64,000 nucleotides of DNA from an uncultured Clostridium sp. (GTDB lineage Bacteria; Bacillota; Clostridia; Peptostreptococcales; Peptostreptococcaceae): NCBI GenBank assembly GCA_945931665.1, contig CAMEPL010000001.1:1249-65248 (forward strand), written 5' to 3'. The stretch's first letter is position 1. Every line of letters starts with the position of its first letter. Made by a program: the position numbers and the translations under genes. The notes beneath the pieces are model-generated. The model did no database searches, had not been told where the DNA came from, and saw only the letters and a program-made list of their open reading frames with translations. Of the stretch, positions 18,811 to 29,083 are shown piece by piece.

Positions 18811-18939
18811 ATCTTCACCTACCTTGTATTATTATTTGTGATTTTGATAAAACTATGTATATATGTAAAAATAATAAATTAATTTTGAAATAAATATGGT
18901 ATTATAAGTATAGATTTTTATGAGAAAGGGGCAAAATAA

Positions 18940-19692
18940 ATGGGAATAAATCAAAAAATCGATAAAACAGTAGATTGGCTTAGGGAGAAAGTCAAAGAAG
19001 CAGGATGCAAAGGATTAGTTGTTGGGGTTTCTGGTGGTATAGACTCAGCTGTAGTTTGCTACCTTATAAAAAAAGCATTTCCAGACAACTCAATAGGTGT
19101 AATCATGAGTATCAACAGCAACCCAAAAGACAGAGAGGATGCACTTAAAGTTATAAATGGTTGTGGAATAGATTATATAGATTTAGATTTAACAGAACCA
19201 CAAGAAATGATATTAAATTCTGTAACATCAGCTCTTAAAGAAAAAAATTTATACAATGAAGCTGGACTTAGAGCATCAGACTCTAACTTAAGAGCGAGAG
19301 TGAGAATGTGTTCTGTTTATACAGTTGCAAATAACTTAGGATATTTAGTTGTAGGAACAGATAACGCAGCAGAAATACATACTGGATACTTTACAAAATA
19401 CGGAGATGGAGGAGTTGACCTAGTTCCAATAGCTAACCTAACTAAGGCAGAAGTTTATGATTGGGCTAGAGAATTAGGAGTACATCAAGACATAATCAAT
19501 AAAGCACCATCAGCTGGTTTATGGGAAGGTCAAACAGATGAAAATGAAATGGGAACTACATATAACATGATAGACAAAGTTGTATCAGGAAAAAGAGATG
19601 AAGTTCCTCAAAAAGATTTAGAGATTATAGACAGACTACATAGAATAAGTGAACACAAAAGACACACTGCTGCAAAACCACCGATATTCTAA
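18940..19692 (+). CDS. nadE: NH3-dependent NAD+ synthetase
   Basis: SGGIDSAV, NLRARVRM, GYFTKYGDGG, PSAGLWEGQTDE; no glutaminase domain. Confidence 0.96.
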   Translation: MGINQKIDKTVDWLREKVKEAGCKGLVVGVSGGIDSAVVCYLIKKAFPDNSIGVIMSINSNPKDREDALKVINGCGIDYIDLDLTEPQEMILNSVTSALKEKNLYNEAGLRASDSNLRARVRMCSVYTVANNLGYLVVGTDNAAEIHTGYFTKYGDGGVDLVPIANLTKAEVYDWARELGVHQDIINKAPSAGLWEGQTDENEMGTTYNMIDKVVSGKRDEVPQKDLEIIDRLHRISEHKRHTAAKPPIF

Positions 19693-19786
19693 TTTACTAA
19701 ATCGGAATTTTGTGCTAAAATTTACTTTGTCAATAGATTTTGAATAAATCTATAAATGAACGAAATTAAAATTAAGGAGTGAAATT

Positions 19787-20506
19787 ATGGGCCGTATAGG
19801 TAATATTATCAATAGAAAAGGTAAACAAGATGCTAAAAGAGCATCAGTATTCACTAAACATGCAAGAGCTATAACTGTTGCAGCTAGAGAAGGTGGAGCA
19901 GATCCAGAATACAATGCAGCTTTAAAAACAGCTATAGATAAAGCTAAAGCTGACAATATGCCAAATGACAACATCAAAAGAGCAATAGACAAAGGTGCTG
20001 GAGCTGGCGGTGGAGAAGATTACTTCTCAAATACTTATGAAGGATATGGACCAGGTGGTGTTGCTGTTATAGTTGAAACTTTAACTGACAATAAAAATAG
20101 AACTGCTGGTAATATAAGATATTACTTCGACAAAAACGGTGGTAACTTAGGAACTACTGGATGCGTTGGTTTCATGTTCGATAGAAAAGGACAAATATTA
20201 ATAGCTGCTGAAAATGTAAGCGAAGAACAATTAATGGATGACGCTTTAGAAGCTGGAGCAGATGATATAATAACAGAAGAAGATGGATTCGAAGTTGTAA
20301 CAGCTCCAGAAGATTTCAATGCAGTTAGAGATGCTTTAGTTGAAAAAGGATATGAATTCGTATCTGCTGACATTAAATTAATACCTCAAACTACTACAGT
20401 TTTAGACAACGAAGGTCAAGTAAAAGCTATGGAAAAATTAATAGACTTACTTGAAGATGATGACGACGTTCAAAATGTTTACCATAACTGGGAAATAACT
20501 GAATAG
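19787..20506 (+). CDS. yebC: YebC/PmpR family protein
   Basis: [30 protein letters not shown]. Confidence 0.96.
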   Translation: MGRIGNIINRKGKQDAKRASVFTKHARAITVAAREGGADPEYNAALKTAIDKAKADNMPNDNIKRAIDKGAGAGGGEDYFSNTYEGYGPGGVAVIVETLTDNKNRTAGNIRYYFDKNGGNLGTTGCVGFMFDRKGQILIAAENVSEEQLMDDALEAGADDIITEEDGFEVVTAPEDFNAVRDALVEKGYEFVSADIKLIPQTTTVLDNEGQVKAMEKLIDLLEDDDDVQNVYHNWEITE

Positions 20507-20585
20507 TTATTTGGATGTTAGGGCTTGTAACGTTTTGATTGATTTATAATTATAAGAAAAAATTAAATAGTAATTAAATTATGTA

Positions 20586-20636
20586 ATACCTCTTTTTGTA
20601 GAAATCTGCGGATTTTTATGAAAAGAGGTATTTTTT
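20586..20636 (+). terminator. Intrinsic terminator after yebC
   Basis: AATACCTCTTTT...AAAAGAGGTATT followed by a T-run. Confidence 0.75.
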
Positions 20637-20842
20637 ATGTAAATAATACTTTCTACATCAATAATTGGTTGTATATAGTGTGTTATGAAGAAATAAATAT
20701 TTTATAATTTATAAAAAAGAAGGAAAATTGAATAAAAATTAAGAATATTTATAATTAGAAATAAGATGGTAAGTAAAAATTACAAATTTATACATAATAA
20801 TATAAAGTATAACTACAAAATTGTTAATTTGGGGGAATTAAA

Positions 20843-22933
20843 ATGAGCGTAAAAACAGACAAAAATATATATGTAAATTATGCATATGAATATTTAGTAA
20901 AATTGTATGGATATAATGCTCAGTTTAGGGATGGACAGTTAGAAGCAATAGTTTCAGTACTACAAAGGAAAAGAGTATTAGTTGTACAAAAAACTGGATG
21001 GGGAAAAAGTTTAATATATTTTTTATCAACAAAGATACTTAGGGATATGGGAAGGGGACCAACTATCATAATTAGTCCTTTAATTTCTTTGATAAATAAC
21101 CAAATTGAATCAGCAGAAAAATTGAATTTAAAAGCTATAACAATAAATTCAACTAATAAAGATGATTGGGATGAAATAGAAAATAATATTGTGAATAATA
21201 AGTATGACGTATTATTTATATCACCAGAAAGACTAGGAAATGAAAGATTCTTAGAATCTGTCCTATATAAAATAAAAGATTCAATAGGAATGTTAGTGGT
21301 AGATGAAGCTCATTGTATTTCAGATTGGGGTCATGATTTTAGACCAGATTATAAGAGAATTAATAGAATTATAAAGATATTGCCACCGAATATTCCATTT
21401 TTGGCAACTACAGCAACAGCTAATGATAGAGTAGTAAATGATATAAAAAGTCAGTTAGGTGAGGATATAATTATAAGTAGAGGACCTCTAGTTAGAGAAT
21501 CTATAAATATTCAAGTAATAAAAATGAATAGTGATACAGAAAGATTAGCATGGATATATGAAAATATAAACAAAATAGATGGAACAGGTATTATATATTG
21601 CTTAACACAAAGAGATTGCGATATAGTAGCTGGATGGTTAAGTAAAAAAGGAATTAATGTTGAAAGTTATCATGCTGGATTTAATACCGAAGAAAGAACT
21701 GAAAAAGAATTAAAATTGTTAAATAATGAAGTGAAAGCATTAGCAGCTACAGTTGCATTAGGTATGGGATTTGATAAACCTGATATAAGCTTTGTAATAC
21801 ATTATCAAAGACCAGGAAATGTAGTAGCATATTATCAACAAATTGGTAGAGCGGGAAGAGCAATTAATAATTCTTATGCTATATTGCTATATGGAGAAAA
21901 TGATGATGATATTATACAATATTTTATAGATTCAGCTTTTCCAACATATTATGAGATGGAGAAAGTAATAGATTTACTAGAAAATAGTCCAACAGGTATG
22001 AGGTTAAGTGATATACTTAAGGAAATAAATATGAAAAATTCAAGGCTAGACAAATGTCTGAAATTTTTGCAAATAGATGGATCAATATATAAAGAAAAAA
22101 GCAAATACTATAGATCTATAAATCCATGGAACCCAGATTTTGAACATAGTAAAAAAATAACTGATATTAGAAATCAAGAACTTAAATCAATGAATTGTTA
22201 TACTAAAACAAAAGAATGCTATATGGAATATATATCAAAAGAATTAGATGATAAATATGCACACCAATGTGGTAGATGTAGTAATTGTAGAGGAAAAAAT
22301 ATATTTCCTACAAGTGTAAAATTTGAAAATATATTAGAAGCAGAGATGTTTATAAAAGGGGAATATCTTGATATAGAACCTAGAAAAAGATGGCCTTCAG
22401 GTGTTAAAATAAATAATAAAAATACTATTGATGAAAGTATATGTATGGAAAAAGGATTGATGTTATGTTCATATGGAGATTATGGTTGGGGACAACTTGT
22501 TAAGTCTGGCAAGTATTATGATAATTATTTTTCAGATGAATTAGTTAATGCCGGATATAATTTACTTAAAGAAAGAGTAAAAAAATGGGATATAAAATGG
22601 ATAACTTCAATACCTTCTTTAAGACACCCTAACTTGGTAAAATCTTATGCAAAAAGGTTAGCTAATAAATTGAATATATTCTATGATGAAGTATTTTTTA
22701 AAAAGGCTGATACACCAGAACAAAAAGATATGGAAAATAGTTTTGGTCAATATGAAAATGTATGTAATGGAATAGGAATAAAAAAATGTTACCGAGGAAA
22801 TGTATTGATTATTGATGATATGGTAGATTCAAGATGGACATTAACATATTCAACTTATCTATTAAGAGATAATGGAGCTGGTAGAGTGTATCCATTTGCA
22901 TTGGCTAAAACAACATCACAGGGAGGTGATTAA
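20843..22933 (+). CDS. rqlH: RecQ-family helicase with C-terminal phosphoribosyltransferase domain (RqlH-like)
   Basis: TGWGKS, DEAHCISDWGHDFRP, YYQQIGRAGR, Zn site C..CGRCSNC; PRTase loop VLIIDDMVDSRWTL. Confidence 0.88.
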   Translation: MSVKTDKNIYVNYAYEYLVKLYGYNAQFRDGQLEAIVSVLQRKRVLVVQKTGWGKSLIYFLSTKILRDMGRGPTIIISPLISLINNQIESAEKLNLKAITINSTNKDDWDEIENNIVNNKYDVLFISPERLGNERFLESVLYKIKDSIGMLVVDEAHCISDWGHDFRPDYKRINRIIKILPPNIPFLATTATANDRVVNDIKSQLGEDIIISRGPLVRESINIQVIKMNSDTERLAWIYENINKIDGTGIIYCLTQRDCDIVAGWLSKKGINVESYHAGFNTEERTEKELKLLNNEVKALAATVALGMGFDKPDISFVIHYQRPGNVVAYYQQIGRAGRAINNSYAILLYGENDDDIIQYFIDSAFPTYYEMEKVIDLLENSPTGMRLSDILKEINMKNSRLDKCLKFLQIDGSIYKEKSKYYRSINPWNPDFEHSKKITDIRNQELKSMNCYTKTKECYMEYISKELDDKYAHQCGRCSNCRGKNIFPTSVKFENILEAEMFIKGEYLDIEPRKRWPSGVKINNKNTIDESICMEKGLMLCSYGDYGWGQLVKSGKYYDNYFSDELVNAGYNLLKERVKKWDIKWITSIPSLRHPNLVKSYAKRLANKLNIFYDEVFFKKADTPEQKDMENSFGQYENVCNGIGIKKCYRGNVLIIDDMVDSRWTLTYSTYLLRDNGAGRVYPFALAKTTSQGGD

Positions 22934-22936
22934 GAA

Positions 22937-24250
22937 ATGCTGACAAATGATGATAAAGCTATATTATTACTTTGTTCTCATATTGGAATAAAGGATAGTA
23001 GTGTAAAACCATTGACGACATCAAAGTGGAATGATATAGCAAATAAAATTAATAAGTCGGATATTAAAAGACCAGGAAATATATTTAAATTTAATGAAGA
23101 AGATATAAAAAAACAACTAGAACTATCACAAGAAGAATTAAATAACTTTATGAAATTATTATCTAGAAGTTTAGAATTTAGTGTGGACTTAGAAAGATTG
23201 AACTCAAAGGGGATACATATAGTTACTAGAGCTAATAAAGAATATCCAATTAAACTTAAAAGAAAGTTAAAATCAATGGCTCCTCCAATATTATATTATT
23301 GTGGAGAACTTTCATTAATAAATAAAGATGGTATTGGTATAGTTGGCTCTAGAAAAATAAAAGAAGAACATGTGGCATTTACAAAAGATTTAGTAGACAA
23401 GGCTATATCTGAAAATTTAGTTATATTCTCAGGTGGAGCAAAAGGTATTGATGATACATCAGAAAAAGAAGCTTTTTTACAAGGTGGTGCATATGTATCA
23501 TTTTTATCAGACTCCCTAGAATCAAAAATAAAGAAAAAAGAAATTAGAGAAAGACTTTCAAGCGGAAGAGTTTTGCTTATAACATCTAGCAATCCAAATG
23601 CAGGATTTAATATAGGATTAGCAATGAATAGAAATAAATATATATATGCATCGTCAACTGCTACATTTGTAATTGCCTCTGATTATAAAAAGGGTGGTAC
23701 CTGGGCTGGTGCAACTGAAAATATGAATGTAAAGCATAGTTGGACTAGAACCTTTGTAAAACAAGATGTAAAATCAAAAGGAATACAGGAGCTTATTAAA
23801 ATAGGAGCAATACCAATAGATGATTTAAATAATTTAAATCTGAGAGATACAATTTCTAAAAATAAAATTAAAGAAAAAGAACCTACAGAAAAACAATTTA
23901 TTGAAAGTGTTGAACAGATTGGTTTAAGGGATTTAATCAAAAATAATAAAGATACAGACGATTTAGATAGAATGAATCAAGTTTCATCTAAAGATTTAAA
24001 TACAAACTTACATAATGAACAAGATAAAGAGATAATACAACAAGATAATAACAATGAAAAAATAAATTTTGATTTATATGATGTCATTATAGATACAATG
24101 TTAAAGGCTTTAGAAAAAGAACATAACATTGAAGAACTAAGCGAAAAATTAAATGTAAATAAGACACAAGTTGGGATATGGGTAAAAAGATCAATAAGTG
24201 AAGGAAAAGTGAAACAATTAAAAAGACCAGTAAGATATATTAAAATATAA
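22937..24250 (+). CDS. rqlI: DprA/Smf-like protein with C-terminal winged helix (RqlI-like)
   Basis: YP..L....PPILY..G, GIVGSR, SGGAKGID, AMNRNKYIY, GGTWAGA; terminal wHTH; 3 nt from the upstream stop. Confidence 0.85.
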   Translation: MLTNDDKAILLLCSHIGIKDSSVKPLTTSKWNDIANKINKSDIKRPGNIFKFNEEDIKKQLELSQEELNNFMKLLSRSLEFSVDLERLNSKGIHIVTRANKEYPIKLKRKLKSMAPPILYYCGELSLINKDGIGIVGSRKIKEEHVAFTKDLVDKAISENLVIFSGGAKGIDDTSEKEAFLQGGAYVSFLSDSLESKIKKKEIRERLSSGRVLLITSSNPNAGFNIGLAMNRNKYIYASSTATFVIASDYKKGGTWAGATENMNVKHSWTRTFVKQDVKSKGIQELIKIGAIPIDDLNNLNLRDTISKNKIKEKEPTEKQFIESVEQIGLRDLIKNNKDTDDLDRMNQVSSKDLNTNLHNEQDKEIIQQDNNNEKINFDLYDVIIDTMLKALEKEHNIEELSEKLNVNKTQVGIWVKRSISEGKVKQLKRPVRYIKI

Positions 24251-24265
24251 TATAAATAAAAGGAA

Positions 24266-24309
24266 ATATAAAAGAGTGCAAGAAATATTTAGTATTCACT
24301 CTTTTATAT
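24266..24309 (+). terminator. Terminator after the rqlHI-like pair
   Basis: ATATAAAAGAGTG...CACTCTTTTATAT. Confidence 0.65.
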
Positions 24310-24591
24310 TGTGTTCATATATATTGGAAAATACAGATTTTATCAATTTATAAAGTTATTTTAATTTTTATATCATCAATTTCACTTTTCGATATCTAAC
24401 TTATACTTTATAAAAATCGAAAAAGTTCAAGAGGGTAAGGTTCTTAAAAGGATATTTTAATTGAGTAGTTGATATCATGATTAAAGTATTAATATAGTAA
24501 TAAATGACTATAAGTAATTACTATGCTAAGATTTATATATAATATACAAGTCATAATTTATCTATATGATGAATGAAGCAGAGGGGATGAT

Positions 24592-25176
24592 GTAGGAAAT
24601 GGTGGCGCTTCGTATATTGCAATATGTATAGGTGCAGATAGAAAGGATGAAGCAGAGCATATTTTAACAATAGGATTTGAATTAATAGTAATTAGTGGTA
24701 TTGTACTTGGGATTTTGGGAATTATGTTTATTAATCCTATTTTTACAATCTTGGGAGCAAAGAATTACAAGAGGATGAAAGAATTGATCAAGTCGGGAAC
24801 AATGGTTACTACTATAATAGAACTTTTTATTATGATGATATTTGGTGTTTTTGCATCAAACTTGATAGGAATATTTACTGAGTCTAAGGAAGTAATTGAT
24901 ATAGGAACAATTACCTTGCGTGCATTTCTGCTGATGTTACCTTTTGTTGGAGCAACTTCTATTGTCAGAAATACATTCAATGCCATGGGAAAACCGATGT
25001 TTGCATTTGGAATTACAATAGTAAGACAGCTTATTTTATATATCCCATTTTTATTGATATTTAACAAAGTGTGGGGATATCCAGGACTAATTCATGCACA
25101 ACCAACAGAGGAATTTGTGTGTATGATATTCTCGCTTTGGTTAATGTTTAGATATTTAAAAAAATATGAAGAATAA
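24592..25176 (+). pseudogene. MATE efflux transporter remnant (5' loss plus large in-frame internal deletion)
   Basis: Frame open from 24592 without a start: VGNGGASYIA...PIFTILGA joined directly to C-lobe KNYKRMKE...RQLILYIP. Confidence 0.8.
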
Positions 25177-25204
25177 ATTGTAGAGATTTTGTATAAATAA
25201 TAAG

Positions 25205-25237
25205 AATGAGGTATAGATAGAAACTATACCCCATTTT
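25205..25237. terminator. Terminator hairpin, near-copy of 28010-28045
   Basis: AATGAGGTATAG-N7-CTATACCCCATT between convergent genes. Confidence 0.7.
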
Positions 25238-25253
25238 ACTGTGTTTTATTTAA

Positions 25254-25916
25254 TTATCTAACTATTTGAATAGAAATATCATCAGCATCTGCATACTTAA
25301 TTAATAGTTCTTTAGCAAGTTCTAAATAGTTTTCTAAACCTTCATCACCACTAAAAGAATAAATACACATAACAATTTCCTCAACATCATTTGTGATCAT
25401 TGCTCTTTCAGAGTCGCTTGTTGGGCTACCGAAAGTTGATATTGAATCTGATAAAACTGGTAAGTTTGCTATATTTACTTCTGCTTTACCTATTCCTTTG
25501 TAACTTTGTCCTTCTTGTCCAACGTTTAAGCAGATTGGTGATTCTATATTTTTAACGTTGTAGCTTCCTACTGAAAAATGTGATTTTATTGATATAATAT
25601 TGTTGATTTCAACGATATTATTTATGTGATAAAGCCCTTTTCCTTGTAAGATTCTTCTTATTAAAGCTTCTGAAGAAACTCTATATTTGCTAGGTGCTTT
25701 ACCTAATTTTTTATAAACTTCTCTTGAATCGTGTATTTCAGGAAGAGATGCAACACCTTCTAATTTTAAGTTGACCTCTAATTCTTTGGCGCATTTATCT
25801 AATTCTTCTAATAGTTCTTTGTCACTATTTTTAACTTTAACCTTTGCTTGGATACATCCTAATGTAGCATTAGGGCATACTGCTTTTATATCTTCACTAA
25901 TTTTAGCTTGTATCAT
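25254..25916 (-). CDS. Stand-alone B3/B4 (PheRS beta editing-like) domain protein
   Basis: YRVSSEALIRRI, INNIVEINNIIS, FGSPTSDSER. Confidence 0.88.
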   Translation of the reverse strand: MIQAKISEDIKAVCPNATLGCIQAKVKVKNSDKELLEELDKCAKELEVNLKLEGVASLPEIHDSREVYKKLGKAPSKYRVSSEALIRRILQGKGLYHINNIVEINNIISIKSHFSVGSYNVKNIESPICLNVGQEGQSYKGIGKAEVNIANLPVLSDSISTFGSPTSDSERAMITNDVEEIVMCIYSFSGDEGLENYLELAKELLIKYADADDISIQIVR

Positions 25917-26062
25917 AATATATCAAATCCTTTCTAAATTATATATTCATTATTATACTAAAAATAAAAATACATTCTTTTCAGATATACAGATAAAACT
26001 TATCATTAACGCAGAACTTATCTAAATATATGCTAAAAATGACTTAATCTGTATGAAGTCGA

Positions 26063-26770
26063 TTATCTAGAATGTATTCGAAATTCTTTTGGCGTAATAC
26101 TTTCAATATCCTTGAATGCCCTTGTAAATGATGAATTATATTTATATCCGATAGATTCTCCAACTTGTAAAATTGTCAAATCTGTGTTTAAAAGGAGTTC
26201 TTTGCTTTTATCTATTCTAAGTTTTTTTATATATTCACTAGGGGATATTCCCATATTATTTTTGAACCATTCAGTGTAATAATTTGGATTGTAGTGTTCA
26301 ATTTGGGCCAATTTTTTAAGATCTATATCTTCCGTAAAGTGTGAGTCGATATATTTTACTGATTCAAATTTGCTTTCTTCAATCATCAATCCATAACAAT
26401 ATAAAAATAAATTGTTTAAATTGGGAGATGTTTTTCCACTGTTAATCTCGCTTAATAGCAAATATTTAACCGCTTGCCATTTATCGTCAAAAGTGATTTC
26501 TTTTCCACTTTTTATTTTATTCATATCGTCTTTTTTAAGAAAATTTGTTGGAACATCAAGCACCAAAAATTCATTTATATCATGAGCATTGAATAAATGT
26601 TCACAGTCAGGAGGCAAAAAGAATATGTTGTTATTATCTATGCTCAAATTTTTTTTATCTGTTTTTATATTTAGGCTGCCTTTCATAGGCAAAATTAATT
26701 GTCCATAATTGTGTGTATGGATTTTGCTTTTGTCGCCATAGATTCTTTTTTCACATATTATATTATTCAT
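26063..26770 (-). CDS. AraC family regulator
   Basis: N-terminal cupin (HTHNYGQL..H) and C-terminal double HTH (YIKKLRIDKSKELL, SSFTRAFK..TPKEFR). Confidence 0.92.
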   Translation of the reverse strand: MNNIICEKRIYGDKSKIHTHNYGQLILPMKGSLNIKTDKKNLSIDNNNIFFLPPDCEHLFNAHDINEFLVLDVPTNFLKKDDMNKIKSGKEITFDDKWQAVKYLLLSEINSGKTSPNLNNLFLYCYGLMIEESKFESVKYIDSHFTEDIDLKKLAQIEHYNPNYYTEWFKNNMGISPSEYIKKLRIDKSKELLLNTDLTILQVGESIGYKYNSSFTRAFKDIESITPKEFRIHSR

Positions 26771-26936
26771 AGTTTGACCTCCTTTTTCGACTTATTACAT
26801 GAATATTATATCATTATAGCTATTTTTGCACTAGTTTGATATAAAAAACATGAATGGTAGTAAAAGACTAGCAGCGATTACTATGTTATTATTTATATAT
26901 AATATAAATTTGGAATTTATAGGGGGAGTTGTGATT

Positions 26937-27402
26937 ATGAAAAGGTACTTGGAAGGCTTAAAGTTTGGGTGCTAGTAAGATATTAGGAAAAGAAAGTATA
27001 AGAAATACTGTAAAAGTGATAGGCTCTCTTGTTTTGATGATATTTGGTATAAATATTATTTTGAATGTTTTTGGAATTAATATTATACCAGGATTAAATC
27101 TAAAACTAAATTCATCGAGTGCTTTCATTCAAGGTATTATATTGACACTATCTAACCCAATTACAATAATATTTTGGGGAAGTGTGTTAACAACAAAAAT
27201 AATAGAAGAAAACTTTAAGAAAAATGAATTAATTATTTTTTCAGTTGGATTAGTATCTGCGACTTTATTATTTTTAACAATCGTTGCTATTTTAGGTATG
27301 GTGTTATCGAACTTTATGCCAGATATGATGATTAATGTTTTAAATATAGTTGTAGGAATACTAATTATTGTTTTCGGAGTTAAATTATTAATAAAGAAAT
27401 AA
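26937..27402 (+). pseudogene. LysE-family amino-acid exporter with frameshifting internal deletion
   Basis: RBS and ATG at 26937 give MKRYLEGLKFG then a stop; the LysE body (GIILTLSNPITIIFW) resumes in another frame at 26965; most of TM1-2 is missing. Confidence 0.78.
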
Positions 27403-27446
27403 TAAAAAATTTAAAATTTTTAATTGAATATATATAATCTATTTTA

Positions 27447-27474
27447 AAAGGCACTCCACTAGTAGAGTGCCTTT
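27447..27474 (+). terminator. Intrinsic terminator
   Basis: AAAGGCACTC...GAGTGCCTTT. Confidence 0.75.
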
Positions 27475-27585
27475 ATTTGTTGAAATTTAGCCATTGCACC
27501 GAAATGTTAATTTGCATTGCTTGATGAAATTAGGAAGTTTTTATAATATGGATAGTATAAAAGTTAAATATTTAGGAGGCTCTAT

Positions 27586-28005
27586 ATGTTAAATAAAAAT
27601 TTAAAACAACTTAGGAAGAGTAGGGGGTTATCTCAAGAGGAATTGGCAATAAGATTAAATGTTGTTCGTCAAACTATTTCAAAATGGGAAAAGGGCATTT
27701 CTGTTCCAGATGCCGATATGCTTATAAAAATTGCAGATATTTTTGAAGTAAATGTAAGTGAATTATTGGGTGCAAAAATAGAAGAAAAAAAGGAACAAGA
27801 TGTAAATTCCCTGGCTGATCAATTGATGAGGATTAACGAACAATTGGCGATAAAAAATAGACGTTCACATCGAGTTTGGAAAACTATTGGAATTGTACTT
27901 TTACTATTTGTAATTTTTAATGTTGGATTAGTAGTATTAAATTATGCTGCTTTTGATACTTATGAAAATAATACAAGTGTACAAGTAGAAAATGTAGAGG
28001 AATAA
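27586..28005 (+). CDS. XRE-family HTH protein with C-terminal TM helix
   Basis: LRKSRGLSQEELAIRLNVVRQTISKWEKG.SVPD; hydrophobic segment near the C-terminus. Confidence 0.92.
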   Translation: MLNKNLKQLRKSRGLSQEELAIRLNVVRQTISKWEKGISVPDADMLIKIADIFEVNVSELLGAKIEEKKEQDVNSLADQLMRINEQLAIKNRRSHRVWKTIGIVLLLFVIFNVGLVVLNYAAFDTYENNTSVQVENVEE

Positions 28006-28009
28006 TAAA

Positions 28010-28045
28010 AATGAGGTATGGAAAACAACTATACCTCATTTTTTT
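28010..28045. terminator. Bidirectional terminator
   Basis: AATGAGGTATGG-N7-CTATACCTCATT followed by a T-run. Confidence 0.75.
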
Positions 28046-28060
28046 ATAGAATGATAATTA

Positions 28061-28962
28061 TTACATACATTTTAATAAAACAACTATTCCAGGAATTGTT
28101 TCAAGGTGTTCTTGTAAAATACGCAAAAATTTATCTACGTATTTAGATTTATAATTTATATGTTGAATATAATAATAAATACGCTCAGGTGGTGCATCTT
28201 CAATTTCGGAAATCTGTAGATTACAGTTATTTTTTACAAGCCAATGTCCAATACTCATAGGAACAATTGCCCAACTGTTTTTTATTTGCAAGAAATCATC
28301 TAAAATAGACATCTTATCGACAATAATTAGAGATTTTGATGTCGCTCCAAACCAGTAATTATGGCATTTGTCGAATTCGGGATTTCACGGCAATTTTATT
28401 TCTAACTTGCAATCCAAATTTGATGGATGTACTGAAGTTGGATAGTTATTTTCTTTATTAGATATAAAACACATTTTTTCACTAAAAATCGGAACAGTTT
28501 TAACATCTTTGTTGTACATATCATCTGAGATAAAGACTAAGTTTACAATTTTATTTTCTATATATGTATAGCTATCTTGTGAGTGTAAGTTGTGAATAAC
28601 AAGGTGTACATGGTTGTTTTTTTCGATAAATGTTTTATAAACCTTAGGTAAAATATATGTATTTATACTGTCGATTGCGCATATATGAAACATAGTGTGT
28701 TTTGTAGTTTGAGATATATTTTTTTCTCTAACAAAAGTTCTTTCCATTTCTCAGCAATTAATACAAATGCCTCACCTTGAGGCGTAAGTTCAATATTTCG
28801 AACCCCCTTTTGCCTTATGAATAATTTATATTGCAACTCATTTTCTAATGATTTAATTCTTCTACTCAAGGCAGGTTGACTTATATATAAAACCTCGGCA
28901 GCCTTAGTAATGCTACCGTACTTTATAACGTTTAAAAAAGCATCTATTTCTAATTCAGTCAT
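28061..28962 (-). pseudogene. LysR family regulator with one frameshift and one nonsense codon
   Basis: HTH in 28962-~28720, frameshift at the A7 run (28719-28725), in-frame TGA at 28387-28385 (LP*NPEF), same frame continues to 28061. Confidence 0.88.
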
Positions 28963-29083
28963 AATTTTACCCCCTAAAAAATATAACTTATACTTTATAT
29001 TATATAGCCTAAATATGCATTATATAAAAGTATAATTTAGTGCTACAATTTAAAAAAGTAAAACTTAGAAAGGGGATAGAGCG

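Noticed and set aside
28385-28387. In-frame TGA in the LysR gene as selenocysteine or programmed read-through
   Set aside because: Context LP*NPEF fits a mutated Trp codon, LysR proteins are not selenoproteins, and the gene also carries a frameshift.
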